This document shows, one piece after another, positions 60,427 to 64,000 of a DNA stretch of 64,000 bases. Numbering within the stretch: the first letter of the stretch is position 1; each line of letters opens with the position of its first letter. The notes beneath the pieces were generated by a model. That model was not told where the DNA came from. It worked only from the letters and a program-made list of their open reading frames with translations, and ran no database searches. The stretch covers positions 5,580,001-5,644,000 of the forward strand of contig OZ281494.1 of the NCBI GenBank assembly GCA_965637545.1. Reading direction: 5' to 3'. The translations under genes and the position numbers were made by a program. This stretch comes from Phallusia mammillata (taxonomy: Eukaryota).

Positions 60427-63400
60427 GCGTGCCAGTTTTTCCTGAATTTCTCATAATGATCAAAAAGAACGTTCCTAACTTTGCTGCAGCATCATGGCGT
60501 ACTACCGATGGCTGTTACGCTTTACCGAATCCTGCACTTATCCTTGGCCCGGCCGCCATTGCCAATAAGAAACAGAATGACATCGTTTCCTGCTTGGGAA
60601 GAAAAGCATCGAGTCCGTTTCTAGTCTTAAGTAAGTGAACGCGGACACACATCAATACCTTTTTTGCATATCTAACTGATTTTACTGCTCACAAAACAAT
60701 AAACGAAAGATGCACCAAGATAAACTATGAAACAGATAAGGAGAGTTTTTGGTACTCACAATATATCAACTATACCTATGTTGTTGTCCTGAATTGTTGG
60801 TAAAAATCTAATGGTAACAAAAACATTACTAGAAACAGCTATAAAATCAAGGTGGCTTCCTCTGTAAACTATACCACATACTTTTACCCCAAAAATTGAT
60901 TTAGTTTATTATAGGCGTCCATTTAATATTTTGACGCCCTGGTTAAATTTATCACTAAATGTATTTCTACACAAGACAACGATGTTTGTTCACTTCTACA
61001 CGACAACTTTATTGACCTTCAGATGTTAATCATTTTTTTACGTTTAGTCGAAACTCAAACCATTTTTCAACGAGATTTCAAAACTTCTTTGATTTTTAAG
61101 TAAACTCCCTTCACTTTTACACAAAAACCCTCAATCATTTCAGACGTCAACTCCAATACTTCTTGTGTCTTTTCAACCGAAATTTGATTTGACTTTAACA
61201 CTATGACCCTATTAATTTTCAGACGTGACTACAAAGAACATAACACACCCAGGAGACAAAAATTCGTACATTGATGGCTACACTAACAAACCTCCCACTT
61301 ACACAAATTGGATTACTGGTCCTCTCAACAACATCGAAGGCCACTCCTGTGCAGCAGTGCGGGATGTGGACGGACGCTGGACCAACAGAGATTGCACAAA
61401 CATAGATGTTGCATGTAAATACTCAGGTTGATCTAACAGAACATTAATTTAAACGCAAATCACTTGACTCGGCACTGATAAATATACGACAACTTTTCGT
61501 ATTTTTTACTTGGTATAACAATATGAAACACCGAATTGAATAAAGTTTTGCAAAAATTAATAACATGCACATGTTTATGTACTTCGTGATTGCCTCTAAT
61601 TTGTTTTGGCGTAAGTTGTTTTGCCACTATCTTGAAAAATTGCATTCGAAAAGCGTTAGATAAAAACCTAACAACAGCATAAAAACAAAACAAGTACGTT
61701 TTATTACACAACGACTGCAACATAATGCCGCTTTTCCGAAACAGTCTGACAATCTTCCCTAACCTTATACTTTGTTTTCGCATCTCTGGCAGCTTGAATA
61801 TTGTAGTTATTTAAATAAATATTAGCGTTAGGCACAGACATGCACACTTGTCCTTGATTCACCACAGGAATGCAATTATAGCAAAACCATGCATGAATTA
61901 ATAATATAAATGTCGCAATACGAGTTCAATACGTTGCAGTCAAAAACCCCATAAACATGTGCAGTGTTACAATGATGTAGTGTATGTATATTTCATTTCA
62001 ATGTTCTTTGCAGTGATGCTCTCTCCGGTGGTTGCGTTGATGCAAGACGCAGTGCTTGGTACATCAGGTGATCCAAATGTCCTCATCGGAATCGAACAAC
62101 AGCTTCGCACAGTGGCAATAAACGATCCTGACTTGGTGAATCCAGGAGAAATTCTTACCCTCGGAAGCGTGCAGCTTTCCATCAAAACTTCGACAATCAA
62201 ACGCAACAGAAAAAAGGAAGTATTTGAGTCGAGCCCAAATCTCACTAGCGCTTTCGTCAATTACCGATTTTCCTTACATAACATTAAACAAAGACACGAA
62301 ACATTGAATACCCCCGTCATGTCCTTTCCCCGCAACGTCACCGATTCAATCAGAAGCGATGCCTCAAGTGGGGACGGAGAAAGGCTCGTCTCGCCTGGAA
62401 CCGTCTCCTTCATCACGGTCTCAGGCTACTACGGTAAAAACGGGACTTTGCCAGGGTTTGTCGACATCCGAACGAAGCGCCCTGAGTCCACTGGAGTCTG
62501 CGAAGATCTCATCTTAGCCACAACGAGAACCGAAGGCAAAAGCTCGTTGAAGTTTCGTCCCGTTTGCGCCTTCATCAACCAAACCACCAAGCTGTACAGC
62601 ACTTCCGGCTGCGTGACGTCATACGACACCGAGACGAATGACGTCAATTGTACGTGTAACCACCTGACCATGTTTGCGGTTCTATTGGCGGTGAGGAACG
62701 TGGTTATCCCAACCGGAGTATCTGTGAGTGTGATTTCTATGCAACAATTTATAAACTCTGTAGTTTTGCTTTCACATTTTGGTGAAAAGCATTTGCCACT
62801 TTTTAAGTTTTGCAGTTTTAAAACAACGTAGATATCTGGGTTGAAATAACATGCCTTAATGCAATTTCTTGTTACAGATGGTGTCTTACGCCACTGAATC
62901 ATCATCTATAGCTTTCCTCGGCATCACGCTTGCTATTCTACTCTGGTTCAAGGACTCTATTAAGGGCGACCGTACTCCTGTTCAGATCAACCTGGCTGTA
63001 GCACTCCTAATTTTCCACGCGGTCAACTTGTCACATGATCTCGCCATCAGGCATGATGAGTTCTGTGTAGCTCACTGTGCAATCAACCATTACTTCTTGC
63101 TTGCCACAGGTTAGTGTAAAGTTTCAAACTACAGAGTGTTGTTAAATATAGGATGCATTCAAACTCGGAAAATTAGCAGAAAAATTGATGTTTGGTTGTG
63201 AACTTGAAATAAAATCGACTTCTGCATTTTTGATGAGCAATTTCAAGTATTTAATTGTCTGCTAGTATTTTTTTCATTACATTTACATTAAACTCTCCGG
63301 TAAACTTGTTTAAATCGTTCAAGTGCTTGTTTGTACTATTGTGCAAAAAGTTTCAATCACAAATTGGCACACGAATGATTAAAAATACAAACTGTGTAAA

Positions 63401-63957
63401 ATTAAATCTTTTTTTGACATCATCTGTGATAAGTTACTACCCTGCGTATTTATACACAAACAAATCTTTTTAAGGATGTTGGGTGTGTGTCGAGGGAGTT
63501 CGCATCTTTATGGCAACCTCTGATCCGGTGGGTTTCAAGGTGCACAACGAACAGAAGAGATACAGAGTCTTCCTCGTTGTAGGATGGGCTATCCCTCTCG
63601 TCATTGTGGGAGCATCACTTGCTGTGGGGATTCCCCTGGGACTACATATGGAGCCTCAACCCTTTTTCACCCAGTGCCAGCAATATCGCAATGAAACCGT
63701 TCTCATCCCCAAGTATGACAGATGCTGGTTGGCTCCCGGTACTCGCATCTTCTACTCCACGGTCGTCGCTCCTCTTGCTGTGATCCTCCTCATCAATCTC
63801 ATCATCGTGGTGAAGATTTCAGTGGTGATGCTCAACTCGAAGAGGATGCAGAATCGGAATCAGGGACACAGCATGAAGGACATCTCGAGAGCTGGAAAGT
63901 CCCTCTTCTTTCTCTTCGTGATGTTGGGAGGAACTTGGGCAATTGCTTTCTTCACAG
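60427..63957 (+). CDS. Adhesion GPCR copy 5, 5'-truncated (exons 3-7 open; exon 8 beyond window)
   Basis: Exons 60427-60630, 61223-61426, 62014-62723, 62878-63109, 63475-63957, all open; near-identical to copy 3 including introns at an offset of ~20840 bp; no exon 1 or 2 upstream. Confidence 0.82.
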
Positions 63958-64000
63958 GTAAGACTGTTGTTTATGTTAATATCTATTTCAGTCCATTAGG

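Noticed and set aside
58432-60427. Direct splice of NtA-gene exon 4 to GPCR exon 3
   Set aside because: Phase 0 donor versus phase 1 acceptor would frameshift; only the alternative exon-3 donor is compatible.

Overview
AT-rich, intron-compact eukaryotic (invertebrate-type) DNA; the species cannot be determined from sequence alone. The window is dominated by a tandem and inverted array of 8-exon adhesion GPCR genes with the layout signal peptide - unrecognised ~82-aa Cys-rich module - C-type-lectin-like domain - GAIN/GPS - 7TM. Three copies look intact (16695-21628 +, 24913-29582 +, 47656-54199 -), one has a nonsense codon and a frameshift (38425-43789 +), one lacks exons 1-2 (60427->64000 +), and there is an orphan last exon (32585-32919 -). 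The N-terminal module has a near-invariant frame around a hypervariable 21-22 aa loop, and the copies are mosaics of each other. Also present: a BTB-domain gene and a disrupted paralog; a decayed ZU5-ZU5-(UPA)-death-domain gene whose last exons were co-duplicated behind each + GPCR; a secreted NtA/CCDC3-like gene; a full-length Ty3/Gypsy element with identical 131-bp LTRs; a 4.8-kb TIR element with a 9-bp TSD carrying a 191-bp tandem array and a decayed hAT transposase; several MITEs; and five Penelope-type minimal hammerhead ribozyme motifs, one lying next to a duplication junction. All exon structures and domain calls were made by eye from splice signals, phase and motifs, with no database searches.
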